This document shows, piece by piece, positions 1 to 9,189 of a stretch of 20,000 nucleotides of DNA. The DNA is from an uncultured virus (IMG/VR IMGVR_UViG_3300030116_004023). Taxonomy: Duplodnaviria; Heunggongvirae; Uroviricota; Caudoviricetes. Positions within the stretch are counted from its first letter, which is position 1. Every line of letters begins with the position of its first letter. Below the pieces are notes generated by a model that saw only the letters and a list, made by a program, of their open reading frames with translations, was not told the DNA's origin and searched no databases. The stretch is from the IMG/VR virus record IMGVR_UViG_3300030116_004023. One strand, written 5' to 3'. Both the position numbers and the translations under genes were made by a program.

Positions 1-711
1 TGCAATAGTTAATCCTGTAGTTCCATCATGTGTAAGGGTAGCATCATTACCAGCACCTAAACTTAGAATAGCAGAATCAGATAACAACATTAAGTCGTCC
101 CCTATAACAGCGTCTAGTGCAACACTTAGTCCACCATCAGTTTGTAAAGAACCATCGGTTGTAGACGTTGCGTTGGTAGAGTCATCTGTTTTTATTATGC
201 CACTAGCTGTAATTGTGGATGATGTTAAAGCTGCAGTGGCTAATGTCCCACCAGCAACTGTTAGTGTATTACCACTATGAGTTAAAGTTACATCTCCATT
301 GTTAAAGTTTATTACACTACCTGAAGCTAAGAATAAATCTGACCACATCAAACTTGTAGTTCCCAAAGCAGTACCATCACTAGTTCCGGGAGAAAGACTA
401 TTTTCAGCTAACTCTACTTCTTTTGCATTATTAGCATAAAAGTTTATTTTGTTAGCGTCTTCAAAATCTATTTTAGTCTGGTCGTCCTCACCAATCTTAA
501 TATCTGTGGCGAGTAAGGAGGTTATACCTGTTTGGGCTGCATCAACATTTAATGTATTTGTAGATAGTGTTATACCTGTCCCTGCTGAAAAAGCAGTTTT
601 AGACATAGCAATAGCTGCAGATGCATTAATGTCTGCATTAACAATAGCACCATCAGTTATATCATCTGATGATAATGCTGCTTGTGCTGGCTCTTTTCCT
701 ACAAATCCCAA
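1..711 (-). CDS. Phage fibre / receptor-binding protein, N-terminal part (runs off window); paralog of 1019..3607
   Basis: Not in ORF track. Hand translation from TTG at 711 is open to base 1: MGFVGKEPAQAALSSDDITDGAIVNADINASAAIAMSKTAFSAGTGITLSTNTL... AGGAGG at 721-726. First 158 aa differ from the 862-aa fibre at 17 positions (hand count). Confidence 0.9.
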   Translation of the reverse strand, partial: MGFVGKEPAQAALSSDDITDGAIVNADINASAAIAMSKTAFSAGTGITLSTNTLNVDAAQTGITSLLATDIKIGEDDQTKIDFEDANKINFYANNAKEVELAENSLSPGTSDGTALGTTSLMWSDLFLASGSVINFNNGDVTLTHSGNTLTVAGGTLATAALTSSTITASGIIKTDDSTNATSTTDGSLQTDGGLSVALDAVIGDDLMLLSDSAILSLGAGNDATLTHDGTTGLTIA

Positions 712-730
712 TTGTTTATTCCTCCTTTAT

Positions 731-739
731 TATTATACT
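731..739 (-). promoter_or_regulatory. AGTATAATA motif (putative phage late promoter)
   Basis: tattatact on + strand, overlapping the stop of the 89-aa gene and just upstream of the SD of the 1..711 gene; motif recurs before other genes. Confidence 0.7.
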
Positions 740-1008
740 TAGTTTTCCCAATCATCATTCCAATCGCTTCTTTTAGTCCAAGTACCACTGTCGTAGTCAT
801 ACTTGTCTCCAAAATAATCTGACGGGGCATTAGTTACATTTTCAACTATCGTAGAGTTACCACTATGTAAGTCTCCAATTATTAGCTCTGGTGGGTCTCC
901 TACTATTATTTGGTCAGATGTAACAGTTAATGTTTTATTGTCTGGGTAAAGATATTTTACTCGTTTAGTTTGTTCTGCTACTCCAGATGAAATTATTATT
1001 TTACTCAT
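739..1008 (-). CDS. Small acidic fibre-associated protein (putative tip partner/chaperone)
   Basis: 89 aa; SD AGGAGAG overlaps the stop of the 862-aa fibre; aromatic-rich C-terminus (KYDYDSGTWTKRSDW) like small proteins that follow phage fibres. Confidence 0.6.
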   Translation of the reverse strand: MSKIIISSGVAEQTKRVKYLYPDNKTLTVTSDQIIVGDPPELIIGDLHSGNSTIVENVTNAPSDYFGDKYDYDSGTWTKRSDWNDDWEN

Positions 1009-1018
1009 TTATTCTCTC

Positions 1019-3607
1019 CTAATCTGTATTATTTACTCTGGGTGGATTTACTAATAATGTAGTTGCCGTAAGTGCCTTCCCTGCAAATACTGAACCAGAT
1101 GTAGTTGATAATGCTCCAGCAGAGTCTACATAATACTCTGTTCCAATCGTCAAAGAGCTTTGCCCTGTAGCTACACCACCCGTAGTAGTAATAGTACCAG
1201 AAGCATCGTCAGAAATTGCATCATTTGCAAACCCAATAAAGGAACTAGCATTTTTTGCTAGCGTTGGTACCAAAACAAAAACTCCTGTATCTCCTGTTGT
1301 ACTCTTATATGAAATAACGGTTCTATTTGAATTGGTGTCATAAATAGCATCTACATACTCTACGTTCCCTCCACCAGTTACACTGGCTCGAGCGTGGATT
1401 CTAGTTCGTGCCTCTACATTATAAGTAGCACTTGAACCTGTACCAGAAATTGTTCCTACGGTACCTAGTATTCCATTCTGACCATGAATAAAAATAACTT
1501 TTTGGTTGTCAGGGTCATAAACACCAGATACAAAATTCCCCATAGTTGTGTCATCTGAGGTATCTTCTATAAGAACATGTTGTCCTGCCGTAATAGTTCC
1601 TGAAGCACTAGTAAACACCCAAGCTTCAAATTGACTACTCAAGCCTTGATGACTAGCTACATTTATATTTTTATCTGGGTCATGAATAAGAATGCCACCA
1701 TTCCCAGCAGTTGTTATTTCGTTATCGTTAGTTAATCGTACAGCTGTTCCTCCTGTTATTGAGTTGTCTGAACTATCTATTGTCAATGCTCTAGCATAAG
1801 GATAATTACTATCTTCTGTGTTTCTATAAAGTATCATAACTTTATTATCGTTTGAGTCAAAACAAAGCATGGGGATTTCTGTAGCAGGAGTAATATATAA
1901 TTTGCTCCCAGCACTTTGAATATCATTATCAGTACTTCCTCGAACAGTAAATGCTTGAACTACACATTTGTTAGAATCATCCGCATCCTCGTAAGAAACC
2001 AAAACTCTATTAGCATTTGAATCAAACACACTAATAACTTCTTTATTGGAATTATCTACTGATTGAGCACTGCCTTTTGAGATTGTGTTAGTACTTGTAT
2101 TATCTACTTCCCACACAACAGCTCTTATACCGGAAGATGTAGGATATGTAGAAACAAATCTATCTACATTTGTATCATATACCATGCCTCTAAATTCATT
2201 GGTAACAGCGGCACTTTCAAGAACCACTGCGGTACCAAAAGATACATCCCCAGCAGATGCATCTGTTATCCCCCCTACAATTGCCGTTGGGTAGTTACTA
2301 TTACCACCATCTCTATATGTTATACCAATCTTGTTGTTGTCTGGGTCAAAAGCCATTGATTTATAATAGACTTGGTCTGTTTCAATCTCAGTTGCGTTGG
2401 GACTAGAAGCGGTTCCAAAAGCTTTCCCTGTTTGGAGGGATTCAGTTGTTTCTACATCTCCATCACTACGAAGTGAAACTCTATCTCCAGCTGAAATATT
2501 CCCGTTAGCTGTAGCCGTGAAGCTACCACCACCTCCACCAATATATGTTGAAATATCAGATGCTGGTATTTGCTTAGTAGTTGTACCATCAATTACAATA
2601 AATGCGTCTGCATCGGCAAGAGTAATTGAAGAAGTAGATTTAGCAGAACCATCTAAAAGATTTAGCTCTGCAGCAGTAGATGTAATATTAGTTCCCCCAA
2701 TATCAAGCGTAGTTGCTGATAGTTCACCAGCTACTGTTACTATATTTCCACTAGCAGTTAATGTTATTAAATCTTCATCGCCCACAGGACCAATTGTACC
2801 TGTAGTTTTTATTACTAACCCACCATCGTCTATAGTTAGTATATCTGTACCATCTATGTCGAATACCATCTTACCGTGGTCGGCAGTTCCTGACGCTGTC
2901 GCAGTAGAAAAATGTACTTCCTCTGCAGTCTTGTTTGAACTACCATTAAGTACTTCTATCTTCAAAGCCTCTGTGGCACTTGTACCTATACTAAAAGAAG
3001 CATCTGCATTATTATTATCGTCAAATAAAGTTATATCCCCATAAGTTAATGCTAAAGTGTTTGACACAGTACCCATAGCAGTAACACCTGCTAACGTAGT
3101 AATATTAGGTTGAGAGGCTGTTGAAATTGTAGCGGCTAAGTTTCCCCCAGCAATTGTTAAAGTATTGCTAGAGTGAGTTAGTGTCACGTCACCATTATTG
3201 AAATTGATTACAGAGCCATCTGCTAAGAAAAGGTCTGACCACATAAGGCTTGTTGTACCCAATGCAGTTCCGTCACTACTTCCCGGTGATAAACTGTTTT
3301 CTGCCAGTTCAACTTCTTTTACATTGTTTGCATAAAAATTAATTTTATTATTATCTTCAAAATCAATTTTAGTTTCGTTGTCTTCACCAATTTTTATATC
3401 AGTTGCTAATAAAGATGTTATTGTTGTTTGTGCAGCATCAACGTTTAAAGTGTTAGTTGATAGAGTAACACCATTTCCAGCACTAAAGGCTGTCTTAGAC
3501 ATAGCTATAGCAGCTGAAGCGTTTATATCAGCATTTACTATTACACCATCTGTTATGTCATCTGAAGATAGAGCAACTCTAGTAGGTTTTTTACCAACGA
3601 ATCCCAA
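1019..3607 (-). CDS. Phage fibre / receptor-binding protein with predicted C-terminal beta-propeller
   Basis: 862 aa; TTG start with AGGAGGA at 3615-3621; T/S/G/D-rich shaft; polyGly linker; seven (F/Y/H)D-x-x-x-(N/D/Q)-(K/R/I)-hydrophobic repeats in the C-terminal half. Confidence 0.8.
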   Translation of the reverse strand: MGFVGKKPTRVALSSDDITDGVIVNADINASAAIAMSKTAFSAGNGVTLSTNTLNVDAAQTTITSLLATDIKIGEDNETKIDFEDNNKINFYANNVKEVELAENSLSPGSSDGTALGTTSLMWSDLFLADGSVINFNNGDVTLTHSSNTLTIAGGNLAATISTASQPNITTLAGVTAMGTVSNTLALTYGDITLFDDNNNADASFSIGTSATEALKIEVLNGSSNKTAEEVHFSTATASGTADHGKMVFDIDGTDILTIDDGGLVIKTTGTIGPVGDEDLITLTASGNIVTVAGELSATTLDIGGTNITSTAAELNLLDGSAKSTSSITLADADAFIVIDGTTTKQIPASDISTYIGGGGGSFTATANGNISAGDRVSLRSDGDVETTESLQTGKAFGTASSPNATEIETDQVYYKSMAFDPDNNKIGITYRDGGNSNYPTAIVGGITDASAGDVSFGTAVVLESAAVTNEFRGMVYDTNVDRFVSTYPTSSGIRAVVWEVDNTSTNTISKGSAQSVDNSNKEVISVFDSNANRVLVSYEDADDSNKCVVQAFTVRGSTDNDIQSAGSKLYITPATEIPMLCFDSNDNKVMILYRNTEDSNYPYARALTIDSSDNSITGGTAVRLTNDNEITTAGNGGILIHDPDKNINVASHQGLSSQFEAWVFTSASGTITAGQHVLIEDTSDDTTMGNFVSGVYDPDNQKVIFIHGQNGILGTVGTISGTGSSATYNVEARTRIHARASVTGGGNVEYVDAIYDTNSNRTVISYKSTTGDTGVFVLVPTLAKNASSFIGFANDAISDDASGTITTTGGVATGQSSLTIGTEYYVDSAGALSTTSGSVFAGKALTATTLLVNPPRVNNTD

Positions 3608-3619
3608 TGTCTAGTCCTC

Positions 3620-3946
3620 CTATGTACTTATGTCACCAACAACACTACACCATACATCTAGTGAGCTTGCTGTGTCGGTATCTACTTTTAAGGCATCTCC
3701 ATTTGCTAAAACAAATCTACTACCACCATCAATTAGTTCTAAGGAAGAACCTGTAGGTATTGAAACCTGTTTAATTAAATAATAATCGGCACTACTTACA
3801 GTAACAAAAGCATCTACTACAATAGTACCTGAATGAATGTTGGTTAATCTTAAGCTAACAACTGCATCATCACCATCTGCAGTGAATACAGTTGCCCCTG
3901 AAGTTCCTACACTTCTTTGTATATGTCTTTCAAAATCTTGTGCCAT
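3620..3946 (-). CDS. Small beta-rich structural protein, putative fibre adaptor/hub
   Basis: 108 aa; SD AGGAG; alternating hydrophobic strands (YYLIKQVSIPTGSSLELIDGGSRFVLANGDALKV); lies between the GFATAMAIAL-ending fibre and the MGFVG..P fibres. Confidence 0.65.
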   Translation of the reverse strand: MAQDFERHIQRSVGTSGATVFTADGDDAVVSLRLTNIHSGTIVVDAFVTVSSADYYLIKQVSIPTGSSLELIDGGSRFVLANGDALKVDTDTASSLDVWCSVVGDIST

Positions 3947-3963
3947 TTATTTCTCCTATAGTA

Positions 3964-3972
3964 TATTATACT
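3964..3972 (-). promoter_or_regulatory. AGTATAATA motif (putative phage late promoter)
   Basis: Exact motif in the 45-nt intergenic gap, upstream of the SD of the 108-aa gene. Confidence 0.7.
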
Positions 3973-3991
3973 ATCATAAATACTAAAAATT

Positions 3992-6900
3992 CTATAGTGC
4001 TATTGCCATTGCTGTAGCAAATCCTTTTGAAGCCGCCGTAGAGTTTATATGTGTTGTCAATGTATCTAAGCCTACTTTCTTCAATGTTCCACCATCTGAA
4101 TATAATAATTCATCTGCATCTGCTAATCCTGATGATATTTCTGTTTGTCCTGAAATTACATTGTCATTTAGCATTCCAGATTCTACAGCATCATTTGCTA
4201 TTGTTACAGCACCACTAGATGATAAAGTTACATCTCCACTTACAGCTACTGGATTATAGTTTGTGTCATCACCTACTAAAATATGCCCAGCAGTATTTGT
4301 GTTCATAAACAAATCATCACCAGTAATAGTCAAGTCTCCTGTTATAGATACTCCACTATCATTGATTTCCATTTGGTCGGTGCCATCAATATCAAACACC
4401 ATCTTTCCGTGGTTTGCTGTACTAGAAGCAGTTGCTGTTGAGAAATGTATTTCTTCAGCAGTTTTATTAGAGCTTCCATTTAGCACTTCAATACTAAGAG
4501 ACTCTGTTGCTGATGTTCCTAGTTTTAGTGAAACATCGGCATTGTTAGCATCTTCGTATATAGTTAAATCACCACCAGTTAATGCAGTAATAGCTTGCGA
4601 AGAATCAACAGCAATAACAGAGTTAGTTGCAGTTAATCCTGTACCAGCAAATAGTGTAGCTACGTCTGCTATGTTTTCTTTAGCGTGGCTTCCTGTAGCT
4701 CCACCATCTAAGAATAATATATAGTCCCCATTAGCAATTGCAGCTTCTCCAGCTTCTGTTAAGTCAACGTCTACTTGGTCGGCTTGAACATCAATTAAGT
4801 TACCAGCAGCAACATTTAGGGTGACATCTCCGTCTGTTCCCCCACCTGTTAATCCTGTACCAGCAACTACGCTTGTTATATCACCATCTATTGCTGTTCC
4901 ATTAATTCTAAATGTTTTTCCTGATGCTAAATTTATTCCTGAATCATCAATATCAAAAATGTCTGTACCATCTACATTAAATGTGAACTTACCATGGTCA
5001 CTAGTACTCGATGCTGTTGCGGTTGAAAAAGTAACTGACTCAGCTGTTTTATTACTACTACCATTAAGAACTTCTATGCTTAGAGCTTCCGTAGCACTCG
5101 TACCCATTTTTAAAGATACATCAGCGTTATTTGCATCTTCATATATTGTTAAGTCACCACCTGTAAGTGCTGTAATAGCTTGTGAAGCATCCACACCTAT
5201 TACTGAAGAAGATGCCGTCAAACCTGTCCCTGCAAACAATGTTGCTAAATCTGCAACAGCTTCTTTTTTAGTAGCATTACTATCATTAGCATCTATAAAA
5301 GCTATACTATCGCCATCAGCTATAGCACCTGCAGAAAGAGAATTTAAACTGTCTCCAGTTACAATATCTGTTCCATTTACTGAAAAAGTTAAACCTGAAC
5401 CTATATCAATACCGCCATCATCAATAGTAAGTATATCAGTTCCGTCAACATCAAAAACCATCTTACCATGATTAGCTGTAGAAGAAGCTGTAGCGGTACT
5501 AAAGTGTACCTCTTCAGCAGTCTTGTTGCTACTACCGTTGAGCACTTGTATTGTCAAAGACTCAGTAGCACTTGTTCCCATTGTTAGTTTTACATCTGCA
5601 TTATTTGCATCTTCAAATATATCTAAGTCACTTCCTAAAGATTTATTGGTAAGCGTTTGTGTAGCTACTGTACTTACAAGCTCGCCATTACCACCGGCTG
5701 GAAGTGTAAGAGTATTTGTTACTCCAGCACTATGTGGTTGTGCTTGTACTGTTTGAGCGTGAGCGTTTGATGACTCACAATAAAATAAAACTTTAGCTAC
5801 AGAACCTGTCCCTGTTCTAATGTCTATTGTTCCATCAGATATACTAATACCTCCGGAACTTCCATTACCATCCATAACAACTTTACCTGAACCATTTGGT
5901 AACAAACTAATATTACCATTTGATGTAGATACAATGTCGTTACTATTTACATCTAAATCTCCACCTAATTGAGGTGTGGTGTCTTCTGAAACGTTTGAAA
6001 GAGCTGAAGATGTGGCTAATCCAGATACAATAGCTGACCGAGTAATTTTTTTCAGTCCTCCGCCAGATGTATCAATTGCTATAAAAACATCATCATTTGC
6101 TACTGAAGAAATTTCTGATAGACTTGCAATATTTGAAATATTAGATGCTGCTAACGAACCACTAAGAACAGTGGATGTAAGTGTACCACTTGATGGATTG
6201 TATGTTAAATTACCATCGGATTCTAATCCAAGGTTACCTCCATCAACATCCCCGCCTGCTGTAAATACAACTGCATTATCTTCATCAGTACTTTCATTAT
6301 CTGTAATAGTTACAGTAGTTGCTATACTAGCAGTCCCTGTAACATTTCCTGTTAAATTACCAGAAAAAGTAGTAGATGTAAGAGTCCCACTTGACGGATT
6401 ATATGTTAGGTTCCCATCAGACTCTAGTCCAAGATTTCCTCCGTCAACATCACCCCCAGCAGTAAAGACAACGGCGTTGTCCTCATTAGTGCTTTCATTG
6501 TCTGTAATGGTAACTGTAGTTGCTACAGCAGCTGTTCCAGAGTATCCACTTGATGTTATAGTTCCTAGTGAAGAGCCATTGTCTGCAAAAGTAATTGTCC
6601 CCCCGTTTGCATCTAAAGTTATTCCTCCTTCAGAATCAAGTGTAACTGTAGTACCTGCTAATTCTGCAGTACCATCTGCAGTTATTTGTATATTAGCTGC
6701 GGCTGCAGCTGTATCAGTAGTTGTAATATCAAGAGTACCATTTGTACCCACAGTAATAGTTGCAGTATCACCAGATGAACCAGTCATAGTTACAACTTTA
6801 CCATCAATAGCTACATCATCTACAGTCAATGCAGAAAGTGTACCTAATGATGTTATATTACCTTGGGCAGCGGTAGCAATAGTACCTGTTAATTCGTTTA

Positions 6901-7465
6901 CTGATAAATTAGCTAAAGCAAACCCTGATGTAGTGTCTACTGTAGTTGAAGGTGCAGCATTGCTGTTCCCTGTAGTAGCAAAAAGCTTCCACATGTCGGA
7001 ATCAGATGCGTCTCTAAATAATCCAGAATATTTTGTACCACTATCTACATATTTACCATACCACCCAATATCAACAGAGTCTGCTGAGTTATTGTCGGCA
7101 AGTGCAAATAGGGGGTCATCAATAGTAACAGTTGTACTGCTTACATTTGTTGTGGTACCATTTACGGTAAGGTTACCACTTAAGGTTAGGTTTGTTCCTT
7201 CTGCGTTAGTTCCTAAAGAAGCTACACCTGAAGAATTTATTGTGATAGCTCCAGAAACTTTAGTAAAAACATATGTAGGTATTCTAGAGGCTGCAAAGTT
7301 TACATTTGTTCCCCCATCCCCACCATTATCAATAATAAGTAAATCTGAGTCCGCAATTGCTTCACTTAAATCGTTCAGACCGGAAATACTTAATCCAGCT
7401 GCGTTTTGTCCAACAAGTTGAGAGCTTCTAGTATATAGTCTATTATTCGCTTGCGATAGAGGCAT
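3992..7465 (-). CDS. Long phage fibre protein built from repeated modules
   Basis: 1157 aa, T/G/S/D/A-rich; internal repeats (2x 67-aa TVTITDNEST...TYNPSSGTLTST; 3x ~73-aa EDANNAD...DDGG); hydrophobic C-terminal ASKGFATAMAIAL. Confidence 0.85.
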   Translation of the reverse strand: MPLSQANNRLYTRSSQLVGQNAAGLSISGLNDLSEAIADSDLLIIDNGGDGGTNVNFAASRIPTYVFTKVSGAITINSSGVASLGTNAEGTNLTLSGNLTVNGTTTNVSSTTVTIDDPLFALADNNSADSVDIGWYGKYVDSGTKYSGLFRDASDSDMWKLFATTGNSNAAPSTTVDTTSGFALANLSVNELTGTIATAAQGNITSLGTLSALTVDDVAIDGKVVTMTGSSGDTATITVGTNGTLDITTTDTAAAAANIQITADGTAELAGTTVTLDSEGGITLDANGGTITFADNGSSLGTITSSGYSGTAAVATTVTITDNESTNEDNAVVFTAGGDVDGGNLGLESDGNLTYNPSSGTLTSTTFSGNLTGNVTGTASIATTVTITDNESTDEDNAVVFTAGGDVDGGNLGLESDGNLTYNPSSGTLTSTVLSGSLAASNISNIASLSEISSVANDDVFIAIDTSGGGLKKITRSAIVSGLATSSALSNVSEDTTPQLGGDLDVNSNDIVSTSNGNISLLPNGSGKVVMDGNGSSGGISISDGTIDIRTGTGSVAKVLFYCESSNAHAQTVQAQPHSAGVTNTLTLPAGGNGELVSTVATQTLTNKSLGSDLDIFEDANNADVKLTMGTSATESLTIQVLNGSSNKTAEEVHFSTATASSTANHGKMVFDVDGTDILTIDDGGIDIGSGLTFSVNGTDIVTGDSLNSLSAGAIADGDSIAFIDANDSNATKKEAVADLATLFAGTGLTASSSVIGVDASQAITALTGGDLTIYEDANNADVSLKMGTSATEALSIEVLNGSSNKTAESVTFSTATASSTSDHGKFTFNVDGTDIFDIDDSGINLASGKTFRINGTAIDGDITSVVAGTGLTGGGTDGDVTLNVAAGNLIDVQADQVDVDLTEAGEAAIANGDYILFLDGGATGSHAKENIADVATLFAGTGLTATNSVIAVDSSQAITALTGGDLTIYEDANNADVSLKLGTSATESLSIEVLNGSSNKTAEEIHFSTATASSTANHGKMVFDIDGTDQMEINDSGVSITGDLTITGDDLFMNTNTAGHILVGDDTNYNPVAVSGDVTLSSSGAVTIANDAVESGMLNDNVISGQTEISSGLADADELLYSDGGTLKKVGLDTLTTHINSTAASKGFATAMAIAL
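4352..5630 (-). repeat. Three copies of a ~73-aa fibre module (~4352-4576, ~4937-5159, ~5411-5630); a fourth copy at ~2820-3040 in the next fibre
   Basis: Consensus GDLTIYEDANNADVSLKMGTSATEALSIEVLNGSSNKTAEEVHFSTATASSTANHGKMVFDIDGTDILTIDDGG; copies differ at many synonymous sites. Confidence 0.9.
6170..6530 (-). repeat. Tandem 201-nt (67-aa) repeat inside the long fibre
   Basis: ctttcatt anchor at 6291 and 6492; protein ATTVTITDNESTxEDNAVVFTAGGDVDGGNLGLESDGNLTYNPSSGTLTST twice. Confidence 0.9.
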
Positions 7466-7468
7466 CTT

Positions 7469-7798
7469 TTATCTCCCCCATACAATGCCACGTATTCTGG
7501 CGTTAGTGCTACCTTCCCTTATAATACTTATCTTACTGCTAAAATATATGTTATCGTCAAAATAACCTTCGTCTGCTGGAACTAACATTCCTGTTGATGA
7601 TGTTGCATCTTCGTCAAATGCTATATATGCTCCTGCTGTCTCTACTACAAAAGAAACTTTGTTCCCTTCTTCCATCTTCCCTGTTAAATCTAATGCTGTT
7701 TCTACAGTACTACCTGATGTAGTATGTGTAAACGTTGCATGTTTTTGATAAGCTTGGAGTAATTCAATTTCCTGCCTCCAAGGAGCTTTATCTGCCAT
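7469..7798 (-). CDS. Hypothetical beta-rich protein, probably virion structural
   Basis: 109 aa; AGGAGG SD at 7805-7810; its stop lies 3 nt before the long-fibre start. Confidence 0.6.
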   Translation of the reverse strand: MADKAPWRQEIELLQAYQKHATFTHTTSGSTVETALDLTGKMEEGNKVSFVVETAGAYIAFDEDATSSTGMLVPADEGYFDDNIYFSSKISIIREGSTNARIRGIVWGR

Positions 7799-8795
7799 TT
7801 GCTACCTCCTGCTTTTTAAACTTTAATAAAGTTGGTTTATAATTTCCTAAGTTATGTGTCCTAACATTTTCTTTCCCATTAGGCATAACAAAACCTTCTT
7901 GAGAAGCAATAGCTGCCATAGAAGTATAAGTTGGTTTAGACAACTCATCTCTATAAGCTTTATTCAACTGTCTTACGTAAGATAATTCTTTCATCATATC
8001 ATCTAAAGTATTACTCATGTCCGTAATAATATCAGCTTGTTTAGAAATTTTAGTTTCTAAAGTATTTTTAGATTTATGTGTATTAGTACTTTCAATTTCC
8101 ATATTACTAATCCAATCCCTTAGTTTTGCCTCAATTGATTTTATTTCTTCTAACTGAACATTTAATTCTTTGTTCTCTACTTCGTAATAAGTTACTAAGT
8201 CTATAAAAGATTTATTCTTTTCAATTAGTTCTTTATTTATTTTACTCGTTTCATCAGCAAAACTTTTAAGTTCTTTATTTTTATTAGAAACTTGTTCAAA
8301 ATCAACCTCTGTAGATTGTTTTAACGAAACGGCTTCTTTGGTTTGTTTTTCTAATTCATTATTAGATTGCTGAAAGTTTTCTAATTGTTGTCTTAGTAAA
8401 TTAACTTCTTGTGATTGAGAAACTGTTTTACTTCTAAGAGTTTGTAATTCATTTTCTTTAACACTAGCACTTCCTTTTGCAGCTAAGTACTGTTCTTTTA
8501 AATCTGGAATTGTTTCTACTTCTGTTTGAAGAATAGAAAGATTTTTTTCTAACTCATGAATTTTTTCTCTGTTTTTGTCAGCTTCAACTCTTTCTAATTT
8601 TAAGTTATCTTCAATAGCATTAAATTTAGAAACCGCATCATCTCGTTCAGCTTCTATTCGTCTGTAATGACCTAGTTGAGAATTAAGTTCTGCAATCTCT
8701 GCTTTATACTTAAGTTCAGCAGCATCATTGTTTATGACTATTTTATTTGAACGGGCGGTTTTTTTAGGTTTAGATTGGAAATCTCTAAGCTTCAT
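7788..8795 (-). CDS. Long coiled-coil protein
   Basis: 335 aa, E/K/L/Q-rich with heptad pattern and almost no Pro/Gly over ~aa 25-285; overlaps both neighbours. Confidence 0.75.
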   Translation of the reverse strand: MKLRDFQSKPKKTARSNKIVINNDAAELKYKAEIAELNSQLGHYRRIEAERDDAVSKFNAIEDNLKLERVEADKNREKIHELEKNLSILQTEVETIPDLKEQYLAAKGSASVKENELQTLRSKTVSQSQEVNLLRQQLENFQQSNNELEKQTKEAVSLKQSTEVDFEQVSNKNKELKSFADETSKINKELIEKNKSFIDLVTYYEVENKELNVQLEEIKSIEAKLRDWISNMEIESTNTHKSKNTLETKISKQADIITDMSNTLDDMMKELSYVRQLNKAYRDELSKPTYTSMAAIASQEGFVMPNGKENVRTHNLGNYKPTLLKFKKQEVANGR

Positions 8796-9189
8796 AAATT
8801 TCCTGTGCCTCTCCTGCTATAAAAGGATTGCCAGAAAACTCTCTAGAGTTGTTTAAATTAATTATCCATGAAACTGGACTTTCTGCTTTAGAAACCATTC
8901 TAATATTTCCTGATTCCTCTATACTAATATCACCCTCAACAATCATTTCTATATGAGCTTCGTGTTGTGGGGCGTGACACTGTAAGTTAAATGAATTAGA
9001 AGCTTTGTGGTAAAAAATATCTGCTACTGGAATATCTTTGTTCACAGGTTCTCTTTGAAACGCTATAGGAACTAAATAACTTTGAGGTTCTTTTTTAGGA
9101 GCCTCTTCAAATATAGGTTCTAGTGTTTTTTTAACTGTAGTGCTTTTAGCTTTTGCTTTTTTTGATTTACTTGATTTTGGACTTGCCAT
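8785..9189 (-). CDS. Hypothetical protein with Lys/Ser-rich N-terminal tail
   Basis: 134 aa; AAGGAGG SD upstream; overlaps neighbours. Confidence 0.7.
   Translation of the reverse strand: MASPKSSKSKKAKAKSTTVKKTLEPIFEEAPKKEPQSYLVPIAFQREPVNKDIPVADIFYHKASNSFNLQCHAPQHEAHIEMIVEGDISIEESGNIRMVSKAESPVSWIINLNNSREFSGNPFIAGEAQEIYEA

Noticed and set aside
238..5630. Diversity-generating retroelement (TR/VR) explanation for the fibre repeats
   Set aside because: Differences include C/T and other non-adenine synonymous changes, all copies are in-frame coding, and there is no reverse transcriptase in the window
449..7421. Long plus-strand ORFs (e.g. 5976..7421, 4821..5471, 2397..3044, 449..742)
   Set aside because: Antisense shadows of the T/G/S/D-rich fibre genes in mirror frame; no SD; no independent motifs
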